Under the pieces are notes generated by a model. The model ran no database searches and was not told the DNA's origin. It worked only from the letters and a program-made list of their open reading frames with translations. A stretch of 64,000 nucleotides of DNA. It comes from Felis catus. Lineage: Eukaryota. The position numbers and the translations under genes were made by a program. Shown here piece by piece: positions 11,401-23,402 of the stretch. The stretch covers positions 238,578,001 to 238,642,000 of the forward strand of contig NC_058368.1 of the NCBI RefSeq assembly GCF_018350175.1, read 5' to 3'. Positions within the stretch are counted from its first letter, which is position 1; each line of letters starts with the position of its first letter.

Positions 11401-14400
11401 AGGACCAGCCACGGCTGTGCCCCTGAGGGGACAGAACCTCTTCCCCTTTAACACCTCGCAGCCAGCGGGTGACCGCGGGCCCCGGGACGTTGGGCTCAGG
11501 TGCCCGTCAGCTGCCCCGAGAACCCGCCTTCTGATGGCCCACCCCAGCCTGCTGCCCCACCCGCGTGACCCGGGCTCTGCGCACCAGCAGCAGCCGGTGT
11601 CCCGGGCCGGCCCACCCCAGCCTGCTGCCCCCGCCGGACACACTGCATCTGAGGCCACAGGCGCTCTGGAAGCCAAGCCTGGCCGAGGCAGGGGGTCGGC
11701 CCAGTGTCCTTTATCCACAGCCCGCAGGCCGGTCTGGTCCAGGCCTGTGGAGAAGGTTTGCGGCCCCTCAGGTACCTTGTCCAGAAAGTCTTCCAGGCGG
11801 CAGGTCTCCAGGCAGAGCCGGGCCACCCTCTCGGGCTGGGTGGCGTTCAGGTGCGAGAGGACGGCAGCATAGTCGTCCCTGTTGACGCTCTGGTCCGGGA
11901 GCTCGAACGCGTTGATGAGCCGGAGGATGTTTCTGCAGAGACAGAGGCCGGCGCACGATGGGCTGGGCGCCCTGCACCCCGGAAGCACCCGGGAGGACAG
12001 CAGCACTCGCAGGGGGTGCTGAGGGACCGGGCCTGCGGGGACGCTCCCCGAGGGCCACAGTGGGGTGGTGGCAGCACCCTGGCCTCCTCGACCTGGGCCC
12101 CGGGGCGGCGCCCTGGAAGTGTTTCAGGAAGAACCGGGGCCCCTGCTTTCCGGCCGCCTGCTGCCTCCGTCAGTCGCTCCCGGTCTTCAAGGCTGGTGGC
12201 TCACGCACAGGCCGGTGGGCGTCCCCGGGCGTTTCGATCTGCCCGCTTGCTGTTTGTGTCCGTGACCCTGACGTTAGGACTGGTGCTGCTTCTGGGGTTG
12301 GCAGTGGCCGGGCCCAGAGTTGCACCGACGCCCTGCCTTCCGCAAACACCTTCACAGTCCGGTCAGCGCCATTGTGATCGTGCTTTTGTGCTCTTTGCCG
12401 GTGATTTGCTATTTAAAATGTCCCCCGAGTGCGGCGCTCGAGTGCTGTCTGGTGTCCCACGTGCCAGGTGGCCGAGCCGGGGCGCACAGGGGAGCCTCGT
12501 CAGCCCTGCCGGAGTCACTGCCGCCACCCTGGGCAGTGTCCACGGACCGACACTCGTTCACAGTGCTCCGTGGAAACAGCTGGAAGTACTGACCCCCCCC
12601 CGGCCCCCACTGGGGGTCACGCTGTTCACCGTGTGGGCGCTGCAGCCTCTGGAACATTCCGCAGGGTGCACGCACCCCGCTGTGCCCAAGCTCAGGCTGC
12701 CCGTGGTGCAGCTGCTCTGTCTCCCCCTCTGCCCTCAGCGTGGCCCGAGCGTGGTCAGAACAGGTGGCGCTGTGGACAGGGGCCTGGTCGTGGGGCCACT
12801 CTGGGCGCTGTGGGCGCTTGGCAGCTGGTACAGGGTGTGCCTCTGCTCCGCTCCGGGTTCTGGCGGGTGAGCCACCGCCGTCTGCAAGCTAGAATCAGCC
12901 GTCTTGGCACAGCTGGGCCGTCGATGCAGTAGCTCCAAATGTGAGGCCATTCCGACCGCCTCCATGTCCTGGGCTGTTGTGGCAAATGACCACAGACGGC
13001 CTCGAAGCAACATTCATCCTCCCCCAGCTCTGAGGCCGGAAGTCCCAGGTAGGGTGTGGGCAGGGCTGCGCTACGTCCTGAGGCTCCAGGGGAGGGTCCT
13101 TCCCGCTTCTTCCAGCCCCTGGTGCCCCAGGCGTCCCTGGGCTTCTGGCCGCGTCCCTCCAATCCCTCTCTCATCACATGGCCTCCTGCGTGTGCGTGTT
13201 CACGCGTGTGTGCACACACGCATGCCCCTGCCCGTCTCTCATGAGGAGCCCGCTCACTGGGTCAGGTCCTCACTCAGCATGACCTCATCTTAACCCACAT
13301 CTGCCAAAGACCCCACGTCCGCATCAGGTCACGTTCCAGGCTGCGGGTGGACGCGGGCTTCTGGGGACTCTCCACCTCACTCCCTAGGGATATAAGGGTG
13401 GTCGTGTGGGGCCCTGTGCTCCGCGGACACCTCACCCTCAGAGCCTCCACGGGCACCGTGCTCACCTGTCCAGGCAACGCCCATGGTCGTTGGCCGCCTT
13501 GAATCCCAGAACGGAAAACATAGCAATGGACGCGTAGAGGGAGGTCAGGCTGTTGACCAGGGAGATGATCACTGCGTCCTTCTCACAGTTGTTCCTGGCG
13601 GACACACGCACATTGTGCCGCTGTGCTCCGGGCCACTACGCACACACCCCCCCACGCCCCACCCTGCACACGGAGCTGGTATGCCGGCGGCCCTGAGCGC
13701 CGGCGCTGTTCCCGACAGTCTCAGGACTGGCTCAGACCCCTCCCCACTGACCCTCTCCCTGCCCACACCTCCCTGCTGACCCCTCCCTGACCACACGTCC
13801 CTGCTGACCCCCTCCCATTGACCCTTCCTCACTGACCCCTCCCTGACCACACCTCCCTGCTAATCCCTCCCACTGACCCCTCCCTGACCACACCTCCCCG
13901 CTGAGCCCCTCCCCACTGACCCTTCCCCACTGACCCCTCCCTGACCACACCACCCTGCTGACCCCTCCCTGACCACACCTCCCTGCTGACCCCTCCCTGA
14001 CCACACCTCCCTGCTGACCCCCTTCCCATTGACCCTTCCTCACTGACCCCTCCCTGACCACACCTCCCTGCTAATCCCTCCCACTGACCCCTCTCCATTG
14101 ACCCTGCCCTGACTACACCTCCCCACTGAGCACCTCCCCACTGACCCTTCCCCGCTGACCCCTTCCCTGCCCACACCTCCCTGCTGATCCCTCCCACTGA
14201 CCCCTCCCTGCTGACCCCTTCCCCACTGACCCCTCCCTGACCACACCTCCCCTCTGACCCCCTCCCTGCTAACCCCCACCCCAAAAGCCTCCCTGCCACG
14301 CACCCACCCCAGCTCAGGGCTGTGGACTGGCTAAAGCCCTCAGCCCCCACCCTGCCCCCAAGGCCTGGGCACAGGTCGCCGAGGATGACACAGGGCACCA

Positions 14401-17400
14401 TGGAGCAGCCTTGCTGAGATGGTCTCCGTGTGAGAGAGCACCCGAGCCCCTTGGAGCAGGCTGGGGCGGTCACTTGTCAGGGGCAGTCGTGTGAAGCACC
14501 CAGGCCCAGCACCCGCATCCCCACCCCTGTGCCTCTGAGGGGAGAGGTTCTGGCCACCTCGTAGAACCATGTTCGTGTGGAGGTGGCCTGGTTTACGACG
14601 CGGCGGATGGTGCGTCAGTGACCGAGCAGCTCGGGTCTCCCCCACGAGGTGGGAGAGTGAGCAGTGACCGGGGAGGCTGACACACACTGCATTTCTGCCT
14701 TTCTGGCCTTGTGCATGGCACACACACATGGTCCCGTTGGCGTCAGCCTCCGTTACGGCCTTGTTCCTGGGATTGGTTATCCGGCACTCTTCCTCCGGAA
14801 CACGCCAGAAGCTGCCGTAGGGGCCCTAACCCCCAGCCCTCAGGGGATGGCCGAGTAACTGGTAGAATCCCCACGAGTCCCTTCTGATCACAGGTTCACA
14901 GCAGTTCACCCTCCCCCTGCGCAGGGTGTCCCGACGGGGGCGCTCTGTGCTGCTCCCAGGAGCTTGGGGACAGGAGGCCGGGAACCCGCCCTGAGTCCGG
15001 CCCCTACCTGTGCGGGTTGTAACTCGCAAAAGCGATGTGTCCTCCAAAGGCCAGGGACAGGGAAAAGAATATCTGTGTGGCTGCATCCAGCCACACGCGG
15101 GGGCTCTGGAGAATCCGCACCTGGAAAGACAGGGGGACCCCGTCGTGCAGCAGACAGGTCACACTGACCGGGGAGCCCACAGCCCCGGATGTCCCAAACG
15201 GGACATGTTAAATAAACCCACGGCTCCCATCTGCGTGGGGCACACGGGCTCTGAGAACGCGGCCGACAGGCCTCTCAGGGCTGAGGTCCCAGTGACAAGA
15301 CGCGGGCGTGCCTCCTCTGCTCCTCGAAGACGTGGGGGCTCTGAGCGACGGAAGGGCCCCGGCAGCTCCACGTGCACACGCTCCCTGGTGTTTCTGCTGC
15401 GGGGGACGGGACGGGCAGGCCGAGCCCACGCCCTGTGCGGCCCCCGGAAACTCCCAGGGGACGCCGGGGGCCCGCAGGGCGTGGGGTGGTCTAGGAGGGT
15501 GCGGGCTGCGGCCCTTCACCTGGCGGGGTGCACGCAGCAGGAGAAACCCTTGGAGGTGGGGGGTCTGGGCACTAGGGGTGGGACGTCCGGGGCCCCGGCC
15601 GGCTTCTCCTCCGAACCCCACCCGCAACATCCCTCAGGCACCAAAGTCCACGTGTCACGAACCAAGCCCTCCGTCTGCTCCCTGCACTCTGACCCTACCC
15701 TCCTCTCTGAGACCCCATAGCATCCCCCCCGCCCTCACCCCCACACGGCCCCGGGTGCCCTGGCCTGTGGCTCACGGCCATGCACATGGCCAGGGGATGG
15801 AGTGAGCTGGGCTGGGCTCTGGGTCTGACTCAGGTGTTTCCAGGAGCCCAGACTTCAGTTCAGACCAACTTACATCTGGCGTGAACAGGTACGTTAACCC
15901 TTTGACCGCCCCGGGCAGGCTGAGTCCTCTGATAAGGAAGATTGTCAGGACCAGGTAAGGGAACAGGGCTGTGAAATAAATTGCCTTAAGAGAAAAAAAT
16001 CGTTAGACTTTGCAACGGTATCTGTTCGGTACAAAACCTTTAAGAGGCAGACGTGACGTGAACGCCTCAGTGGCCAGGCTCCCGTCTCTCATCCGGGATT
16101 CGGGCTGGGGGGAGGCGGCCAGCAGCCCGGGGCCTGGGGGTGTGGGCCCCAGTCAGTCTCTGAGGGTTGGGGGCTCACGGGGACGGTCACACGTGGGTTC
16201 ACATACGCCCTTGTGTCTGTGGGTGGGCACGGTCCCCACGGGGCAGGTGGGCCTCCCTCCTCCCCCCGCCCCCAGTGCCCACAAGTGGCCACTTCGCAGG
16301 GACCACACACCCACCCGCACCCCTTTCCCCAGCCTAGGACCAGGGCCCCGTCAGGTGTGGTCAGGGGTCCACACAGAAGGAATCCGCAGACGACGGACGG
16401 TCTTCCCTCCCCACCGCCCCCAGGTCCCCGAGCACAGACTGACTGGGGAGTCGCCCGGGTGTCTCTCTAGGGCGTCTGCTGCAGGGTCATTTGGAGTTTC
16501 TGGCTGGCTTGTTGGGCCTCACGGTTGCTTTGGTCTAATTCAGTCATTCCGGTCCTCTAAGTCATGAAGATGCTCACGTGAGAGCAACTATAATGCTCAC
16601 ACCCGACTGAGTAAGTGTGCGGGCACGTACACACGCCGGGATCTGTGTGAGAGGGCACAGCTGTGTGCCGGGAGCCGCGTCGCTGGCGTTGTGAGGGGGG
16701 ATGCGTGAAGCCCCGGGCCTGTCCGCGCCCCCGGAGAAGAGAGGGTGCACGCCCGAGGGGGGCTCGTGGGCCCGGGGCCCCCTGGGTCCTCTCTGCTCAG
16801 GAACCACGTAAATATCGCTACAAGACGGTACGCTGTTGAACACAAATGTGCCAGCCACGCACCCGCTGCTCACAGCAGTGTTTGTGAAATGTGCACCAGT
16901 CGGGGGAAAGCGGAGGGGGCAGTGCAGCGGGAGCGAGGGCCCCTGCCTCACTCGGTGGGCAGCATCGCTCCCAGAGGGACTGATGGCCGCGCCCCGAATC
17001 CATCCCTGAGACTGAACGGTCGCCGCTGAGAAGCTGGCACAGGACGGGGACGGGCGTCACCAGAAATACCCGGGGACTGGGAGAAGCGGGGACGGAGAAC
17101 GGAGGGGACCCGCGGGACACAGGATGGCGGGCTGAGACCAGACTCAGAGTCGCACCAAACGCAGATGGTCTGAACAGCCAAACAAGGGCAGGGACTGCCA
17201 GCCCAGGAAAAAAAGCAAGACCCGAACCGGGTGTGTCGACAAGAAACACACCTGACACGTAGAGACCCGAACAGGTTAAAAGGAGAAAGGGAAACACCTG
17301 CCACGTTCACAGAGCGGCGCAGGGTCCTCACATCTGCACCCTCCCAGCACAGCCTCCCAGCAAACACTGAGCCGAAGGGAGCTGGGCAGTGGGGTCCGCC

Positions 17401-20400
17401 CCAGGGGCTCACCTTCCCCATGGATTCGATGCCTCTGATGACACACAGGTACACGACGGCCCAGGACGCGGCCAAGCAGGCCAGCAGCCGCCACTGGATG
17501 GAGCCGCTGTCGCTGATGTCGGCCGTGATGTTCAGCGTCCGCCGGTACCAGAAGTAGCTCACGGGGCTGCTGGCCTGGCACTCTGCCTCGAACCCTGGAA
17601 CCCGGGAGGGCCCGTCAAGGGCTGGCCACGGGGCTCGGGCCTGGATCCGGGCTCTGCAGGCCTCCGCCCGGGGGTGCAGTTCATAGATAATTGTCCTGGG
17701 GCTGCTGGCTGAGCACCAAGCACAGCAGGTGAGACCCGTGCCCTCTGCTGCCCAGGGTGTCCAGCTGAGGCCTAGAGGGCTGACCCGGGGAGCTCCAGGG
17801 CCCAGACTTGCCCCCCCCCCCCCCCCCCCCCCCGCCCAGGCTGGCCTTGTTCAGAACGTGCCGAACTCAAGTTAGTATCAGCAGAGGCAGGAAGGGAAGG
17901 GGGGGTTAGCACAGCTGGGCAAGCCAACTGGAAGACAGCTTTGACAGTGTCCCCTGACGGAGCGCTTGGCCCAGGTCTGGACTTAAGTCAGCAAGAGCCG
18001 AGGTGACAGCCACTCACCCTCCCGTCGCCGGGCAAGCACGAAGCTGTGCTGTGAGTACAGGGGTCCCTGGGGGCCCCAGGTCCATCAGGGGTTGGAGTTA
18101 GTGGGGTGAGAACGGGATTTCAAATGTGATGCTTCGGGGAGCCCGTGCGGGGCCCCTGGGAGCCAGGACACTGAGCCTCCCAGCCCTCAGCACTACCTGT
18201 GCGGTTGAGGTCCAGCGGGCACGAGCCCCAGGGGAGCGGGTTCTGGAAGGAGTTGAGGAAATACCACAGCACCCACGTCAGGACGGTGTTGTAGTACATG
18301 CTGACCAGAAAGGACACGGTGAGGCAGCCCAGCCCTGCGGACGGGCGACAGTCGGCGCCTCGCCGGGGTCCCGGCCACCCCGCTCCTGCTCCCTGCCGTC
18401 CCCAAGGCCTCCCGTTGCCCTCCCCGCCGCTGGCCTGCCTCTGGCCGCACGCACTCGGGGGCCACACGCCGTTTTCACGGCCACGTGGCACCGCCCTCAG
18501 CTGCACTACGGTCTGCGCTTCCGCTGGCCTCCCGGGGAGGCCTTCAGGAGGCACCGTAGCCACGTTGCGGGGGGTGTCGTGTCACAGACCCAGGGGTGCC
18601 GCTCGGCCCCCCCCCCTGCAGCGCCCACCTCACAGGCACCCCAGGCCCGGGCCTCTCCTCTGCCCGGGGCCTCCCCGGAGACTCGGGAGCTCCCAGGATG
18701 TGTGGGCTTGGCGCCTGTGGGACACACACCCACGTGACCGGGGACAGCCTGCTGCCTGCCTCCTCCTCGCGCTCTCTGGGCTCACCCCACACGGCGCCCC
18801 GCACCCGGGTCCCCGCTTGGGCTTTGGGGGAACAAAACGGCCTCCTGGGATGGGTGTCCTCAGACCGTGACTGGAGCTAGCTTCACAGGGGCGCCACCGT
18901 GTGCTTGTCCTGCCCGGTCACGTCTCCATCACGTCAGGGCATCTTTGGGGCGGGTGCGAAGCCACCAAGCGTGGCCTGGCGTGACGAGCTGACACGGGGC
19001 TCCCGCGGGACCCGCGGTCTCCCGCCCTCCCAACCGCTACGGGCGGGGGGGCAGGGGTGGGGGCAGCCTACCCACTCCGCCCAGGTAGGGCGACACGGCC
19101 TTCCACACCCCGACGCTGCCTGTCCGCAGGTGCTGGCCGATGGCCAGCTCGATGTGGAAGAGTGGGATTCCCTCGAGAACCAGGGCGACGAGGTAGGGGA
19201 TGAGGAAGGCCCCTGCGAAGACACAGTGGTCGCCGGAGGGTCAGTGTCTGCCCGGTGGGGCCTCGGGCTCGGGGAGAGGTGCCCGCGGCCTCCTGAGAGG
19301 GGACCCGGGCCCGCACGTCGGGCCCTGGTTCTGCCACCGTTTGAAGTTGCTCGACACGTCCCACCGCGTGACGCTGTGGCGGAGGGTTTCCCGCCGCAAA
19401 GGGCAGTCTTGTCCTTACGGGGACGCCCCGAACCCCCGTTACGGGCCCTCCTGTGACGTGGGGCTGCTCCGTGCTCTTGGGGGAGCGCTGGAGCACGGTG
19501 ACGTCCCGCCTGAGTACGGGCCGGGACCTGTCTCTCCACGCCTTGGGCCGAGCGGGGCCTCTGCTCCCTGTCCGGGCGCCGGGAGGTGTGGGGTGGGGGC
19601 TCCAGAGGCCTCCGAGGGGACCCACACGGGCTCCCCGCAGAGCACCCCCTGGGGTGGCTGGGGGAGCTACGCCTTTCCACGAGGTGAGCCAGCCGTAGAA
19701 GGAGTGGAAAAGCCACGGGGTTGAGGAGTGAGGCGCCCGGCCTCTCCTGGAGCCCACAGCCCCGAGGGGTCCGACCTGGTCGCCTGGGGGGGCTCCTGTG
19801 GGGAGATGCCTGTTCCCTGAATCCCGCTGGACTCCGAGATGCTCTCATTCCGCCGGGGGGAGGGAGTCCCGGTCCCGCCACGGTGGGAGCCTCATTTTCT
19901 TCCAGGTAACCACAGTCCGTGGACACCCTGGCCCTTAGACGCTCCGGGACTGACAGCCGCTCCTCCCCCCTGCATGCACGGGCCTCAGAAACGCCAGGGA
20001 ACCACACTGGCCGAAATGGGTGCAGGGCAGCGACCGTGCTCCCCGCGTCTGCCTGGCTCGGCTGAGACTGACTCTCCCCCATGAGAGCTCCCCCTCATCG
20101 TCTGCCGGCCTCCCCCTCCTCTCTTGGGTCACCATCAGACGTTTTGACACGGAGTGGGGGCCCCGGACGGGGCTACATGGCTACAGAGCCCTCAGCCCAC
20201 ATAAGCTTCTGCACAGGGCTCCCGTGTTTGGGGCAAAACAGTGCCTGCTGGGGTCGTCCATGTAGCAGCGAACAGGTGGAGGGTCAGGAAAGTACAATTC
20301 TGAGGACACTCGGCCTCAGTGGCCACCCCGGGGACAGGGCCTCAGGGGCTGGCTGAGGTCAGCCCGGCAGGGAGCACCTAGGAGGGGCAGGGCCGGGGAG

Positions 20401-23311
20401 GGGTGGGGAGGGGAGCTTGTCTTCGCAGCTAAGCTGGTGCAGCTGAGTCTGCCGTGCTTGGGGGAGAAGAAACAGAGCAGGTCTGTGATTACAGAGACCG
20501 TGCGGTTAGGAGGGGGCATCTCCGTGCGTGAGGGGCGTGTAAGCCCTACCCAGAGAGCGTGCCGACCGCGGCTTAGGTGAAAACCGCGCCTGTCGGGGGA
20601 TGGCTGCTGGTGGCAGGAGGACCCAAGCGTGTGCTTAGCGGAGTGGGACTCGAGCCCCACCAGACCTCCAGGCTGGCGATTCGGTGGGCTGTGCCTCCGA
20701 GCGGAATGTCCACGAGACCCCGAGCCACGCGGTTTGGAGAGCTTCCAGGCCGGTGAACACGGGCGGTGCTGGGAGGGCGCTGTGCCGGGAGCTCTGTCAC
20801 CCCCACACCTGGCCCCGTGAGCCGTGTTCCTTATAAAAATCTGGTAACAGTAGCGAACTGCTCTCCTCAGTTCTGTGAACCTGACGTGGGGCTGGGCGTT
20901 TGTAGCAAAGTCAGGTAAGAGCTGTGGGTCAGCAGGGGACCCGCCACTTGAGGTCCGATCCTGAGCTGGGGGCCGTGACGTGGGCCGAGCCCTCGACCTG
21001 AGGGGTCTGTGCTCAGTTCAGGGAGGTGCGGCCGAAATGGGTTAAATTCTGCCGAGTCTCGGAGAACGGGTTGGTGTGGCAAACACCCTCACGGGTCCGC
21101 CGTCCGAGCTCGAGAGAAGCGGGAACTTTTCTTGTCTCGTCCCCGCCGGTCTCCGGGGCCGCTGAGACCACACTTCACGTGCCCACGCGGGGCGTCTGGG
21201 AGAGCCCCGTGCATCACCAGTGCCATCACCACGTGAGGGTGCCGGAGGCGACGTGCACCCGTCCCACGTGCTCAGCAGGTGGAGGAAAAGACTGCGCGTG
21301 CGTTCAGAGCCCCACACCGCTGAGAATCAGCAGACCAGGATGGAGAGAACGGCCAGGGGACAGAGGAGAAGACAGGAGAGTGATGTGCTGTCTGTGTGGA
21401 GGGTTGACGCGGTGTGGCCAGCGGGAAATCCATCCCCACGCAGTCCAGACCCCACCCGACGCCTGCGAAGCCCTGAGAGTCTTGTGCGCGTTGACGACCC
21501 GGCCGTAAAGGTCACGTGGGAGGTCAACAGCCAATACAGAAGCCAGTGCAAGAGAGGAGCGTGGCGACTCTCCCTACGGACGGCCAACCGCAGCGATTAA
21601 TTCCGTGCGACTTTCCGGGCAAGGCTCTGTCGCCTGGATGGAGCCTCCGGAAACGGGAAGTCCGGAACGCGGCAGTGCGGAAATCCTGGACCGCTTACGA
21701 GATGAGCCACCCGCTTGTGTTGCCACAGACGCGGTTAGAAGGGTTCCTGGGCTGAAGGCCGAGACCCCGGCAGGTGCGCGAAGAGGCCACTAGCGGGTTC
21801 CACGTCCCTTTCGCTGGGAAGCGCTGACCGCTCACCAAGAAGCCGGGTGGGTGTGAGAGAATCACGTGGAGGTGCGCCCAAGGGTTTTGCTCAATTCTGT
21901 GATACATCTTCTTATCGAAATAATCAGTAGTGGCCAAAGTGAGACAAAATAGGGCATTCTCACACGTGAGGGTTCCTTGTTCAGGAAAAGTAGAAGTTTT
22001 GAAACGTATTTCCTGACATTTCACCGAGTTTTCACACCTGGAAATAGGGCCTAAAGGAAGCATTTAGACACCAGGACCCCCTAGATCCCAGGTGCCGGGG
22101 ACTCAGACACCCTGAGCCCTCGGGGAAGGCAGCCCGGCGCATGGCCTGCGGCGATGAGGGTCCCGGAAGGTACGTCCCTGGACGGCCCCGGCACGTCGCA
22201 GCGCTGAGCCAACGGGCTCCCGTCTGTGTAGGCTCGACACGGCGCACGGGGCTGCACGGGGGCCTAGGGAGCGAGCCGGTCTTCCGCCCCGGGCTTTGCG
22301 TGATCCGTGCCAAGGAGCCTCTACTCTCAGGCGCCCGCCCGCCCCCGCCCCCGCCCCCGCCCCCATGGAAGCTCCAACACCTGTGGGCCAGCGGTTCCGG
22401 GACACAGGTCTCTTCCAGCTTCTGGTAATCAGAACAAAACTAATAAACCTTCCAGAAGCAGTATCCTCATAAACAGGGAAGCCATGCCAGACGGTGGCCC
22501 GGCCACGTGGCTGCCTGCCGGAGACCCCCACCCACACTGCCCCACCACGGCCTGACCACTGTCTGCCTACCGCTGCCAGGGGGGCCACCGTGTGCCCTTG
22601 AGAGCGGGAAGGACGACTCCCCGTCGGGAAAGGGCGGCGCGGGGTCACCCGTGGAGATTGCCATTTCTTCTGGGGGGGGCCGACGAGTCTCCCCTGCAGG
22701 AGACGCTCCCCACGTTGCCAACCGGACGCCTGGGGGACCCGGGAAGATTGCCCCGCGGGACTGTTGGGGGCCCTCGGGTCTTATAGGTGCAGAAGGAGGC
22801 TTGAGGCAAGCTGACCTGGCACCGAAACCAGACGGGGCCCAAGGTCGGACCCCAGAAAAGGACCAGCCTGGCCCGGGCGACGTTCCGTGTCAGCTCCCGA
22901 GGGCCCTGGGTGACAGGGCGGTTGCCTGACACCACCTCGGACTTGGGAAGAGAGGAGGGTGGTCTGGCCGTGCACAGGCCGGGCGGTAGGCGGCCCGGCC
23001 AGCGCGCACCTGCGAACCTCAGGGGAACTCGGGGGAGGGCGGTGTGCAGAAAGCACCCCTGAGTCCCGTAAGGCCGAGACGCCCTCGGACCGGACCTCGA
23101 GGGCCGGGATGCCCCCCGGGGACGGGCCCGGAGGCCCAGCCCACGGCTCACCTCCCCCGTACGTCTGGCACAGGTACGGGAACCTCCAGATGTTGCCCAG
23201 GCCCACGGCAAAGCCGATGCAACTCAGGAGGTACTGCAGCCTGTTGTCCCAGCTGGGCCTCTCGTGCCCGCCGCCGGCCCCGCGTGGGTCTGGGCCCGGG
23301 GCGCACGCCAT
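8290..23311 (-). CDS. SLC6A18: SLC6A18 / B0AT3 neutral amino-acid transporter, 12 coding exons, 1830 nt, 609 aa: complement(join(8290..8460,9296..9458,10543..10702,11097..11301,11776..11932,13466..13594,15008..15120,15874..15984,17413..17594,18197..18334,19072..19212,23152..23311))
   Basis: SLC6 TM1 motif [37 protein letters not shown]; all GT-AG introns, frame continuous; lies between TERT and SLC6A19 as in human and mouse. Confidence 0.96.
8680..8765 (-). mobile_element. MIR fragment
   Basis: cttctctgtaaggcggggcaacacc...ttttgaggccaacgtgagg resembles the antisense MIR core. Confidence 0.4.
9296..9458 (-). CDS. SLC6A18: SLC6A18 exon 11 (163 bp)
   Basis: [54 protein letters not shown]|gtacgt. 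Confidence 0.93.
10543..10702 (-). CDS. SLC6A18: SLC6A18 exon 10 (160 bp)
   Basis: [52 protein letters not shown]. Confidence 0.95.
11097..11301 (-). CDS. SLC6A18: SLC6A18 exon 9 (205 bp)
   Basis: [54 protein letters not shown]...KEVLT. Confidence 0.95.
11776..11932 (-). CDS. SLC6A18: SLC6A18 exon 8 (157 bp)
   Basis: [52 protein letters not shown]. Confidence 0.95.
12310..12680. mobile_element. MER47/Tigger-family DNA transposon relic
   Basis: ttttgtgctctttgccggtgatttgctatttaaaatgtcccccgagtg...agtgctgtctggtgtccc resembles recalled MER47A. Confidence 0.65.
12960..13375 (-). mobile_element. MaLR LTR relic (MLT1B/C-like)
   Basis: ggctgttgtggcaaatgaccaca...cagctctgaggccggaagtcc...atgacctcatcttaacccacatctgccaaagaccc. 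Confidence 0.75.
13466..13594 (-). CDS. SLC6A18: SLC6A18 exon 7 (129 bp)
   Basis: [42 protein letters not shown]. Confidence 0.95.
13735..14285. repeat. C-rich minisatellite (sub-units cactgacccctccc / tgaccacacctccctg, ~14/28 bp) in SLC6A18 intron 6
   Basis: Direct tandem repetition over ~550 bp. Confidence 0.95.
15008..15120 (-). CDS. SLC6A18: SLC6A18 exon 6 (113 bp)
   Basis: [37 protein letters not shown] (SLC6 TM6 motif). Confidence 0.95.
15874..15984 (-). CDS. SLC6A18: SLC6A18 exon 5 (111 bp)
   Basis: [37 protein letters not shown]; acceptor ttaag, donor gtaag (absent from the ORF track). Confidence 0.95.
16950..17315 (+). mobile_element. Ancient L1 relic, start of ORF2 (endonuclease domain)
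   Basis: Translates [24 protein letters not shown], compare L1 EN KKQDPTICCLQETHFKYKDTNRLK. Confidence 0.75.
17413..17594 (-). CDS. SLC6A18: SLC6A18 exon 4 (182 bp)
   Basis: [37 protein letters not shown]...IRGIESMGK. Confidence 0.95.
18197..18334 (-). CDS. SLC6A18: SLC6A18 exon 3 (138 bp)
   Basis: [45 protein letters not shown]. Confidence 0.95.
19072..19212 (-). CDS. SLC6A18: SLC6A18 exon 2 (141 bp)
   Basis: [46 protein letters not shown]. Confidence 0.95.
20480..21100 (+). mobile_element. ERV LTR relic, MER21-like
   Basis: ggtttggagagcttccaggccggtgaacac...ttataaaaatctggtaa...cagttctgtgaa...ccgagccctcgacctgaggggtctg...ttggtgtggcaaacaccc follows recalled MER21 order. Confidence 0.65.
21340..21760 (+). 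mobile_element. Highly diverged, GC-shifted L1 ORF2 relic
   Basis: ttgacgacccggccgtaaaggtcacgtgggagg resembles L1 ttgacaagctgattctaaaattcatatggaaa, with colinear flanks. Confidence 0.45.
23152..23311 (-). CDS. SLC6A18: SLC6A18 exon 1 coding part (160 bp)
   Basis: ATG at 23311, MACAPGPDP...QTYGG G|gtgag. Confidence 0.94.
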
Positions 23312-23362
23312 GCCTGCCACTCGCTCCCTCACGGTCCCCCTCACACCCCACGTACGTCCGCG

Positions 23363-23402
23363 TTATTTAAAGGAAAGCCAGTGGAGCCAGTTAATTGGTA
23401 AC
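23363..23402 (-). promoter_or_regulatory. SLC6A18 core promoter: TATA-like TTTAAATAA (23363-23371) and HNF1-like palindrome GTTAATTGGTAAC (23390-23402)
   Basis: 50-90 bp upstream of the ATG; 10/12 match to GTTAATNATTAAC; fits a proximal-tubule gene. Confidence 0.65.
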
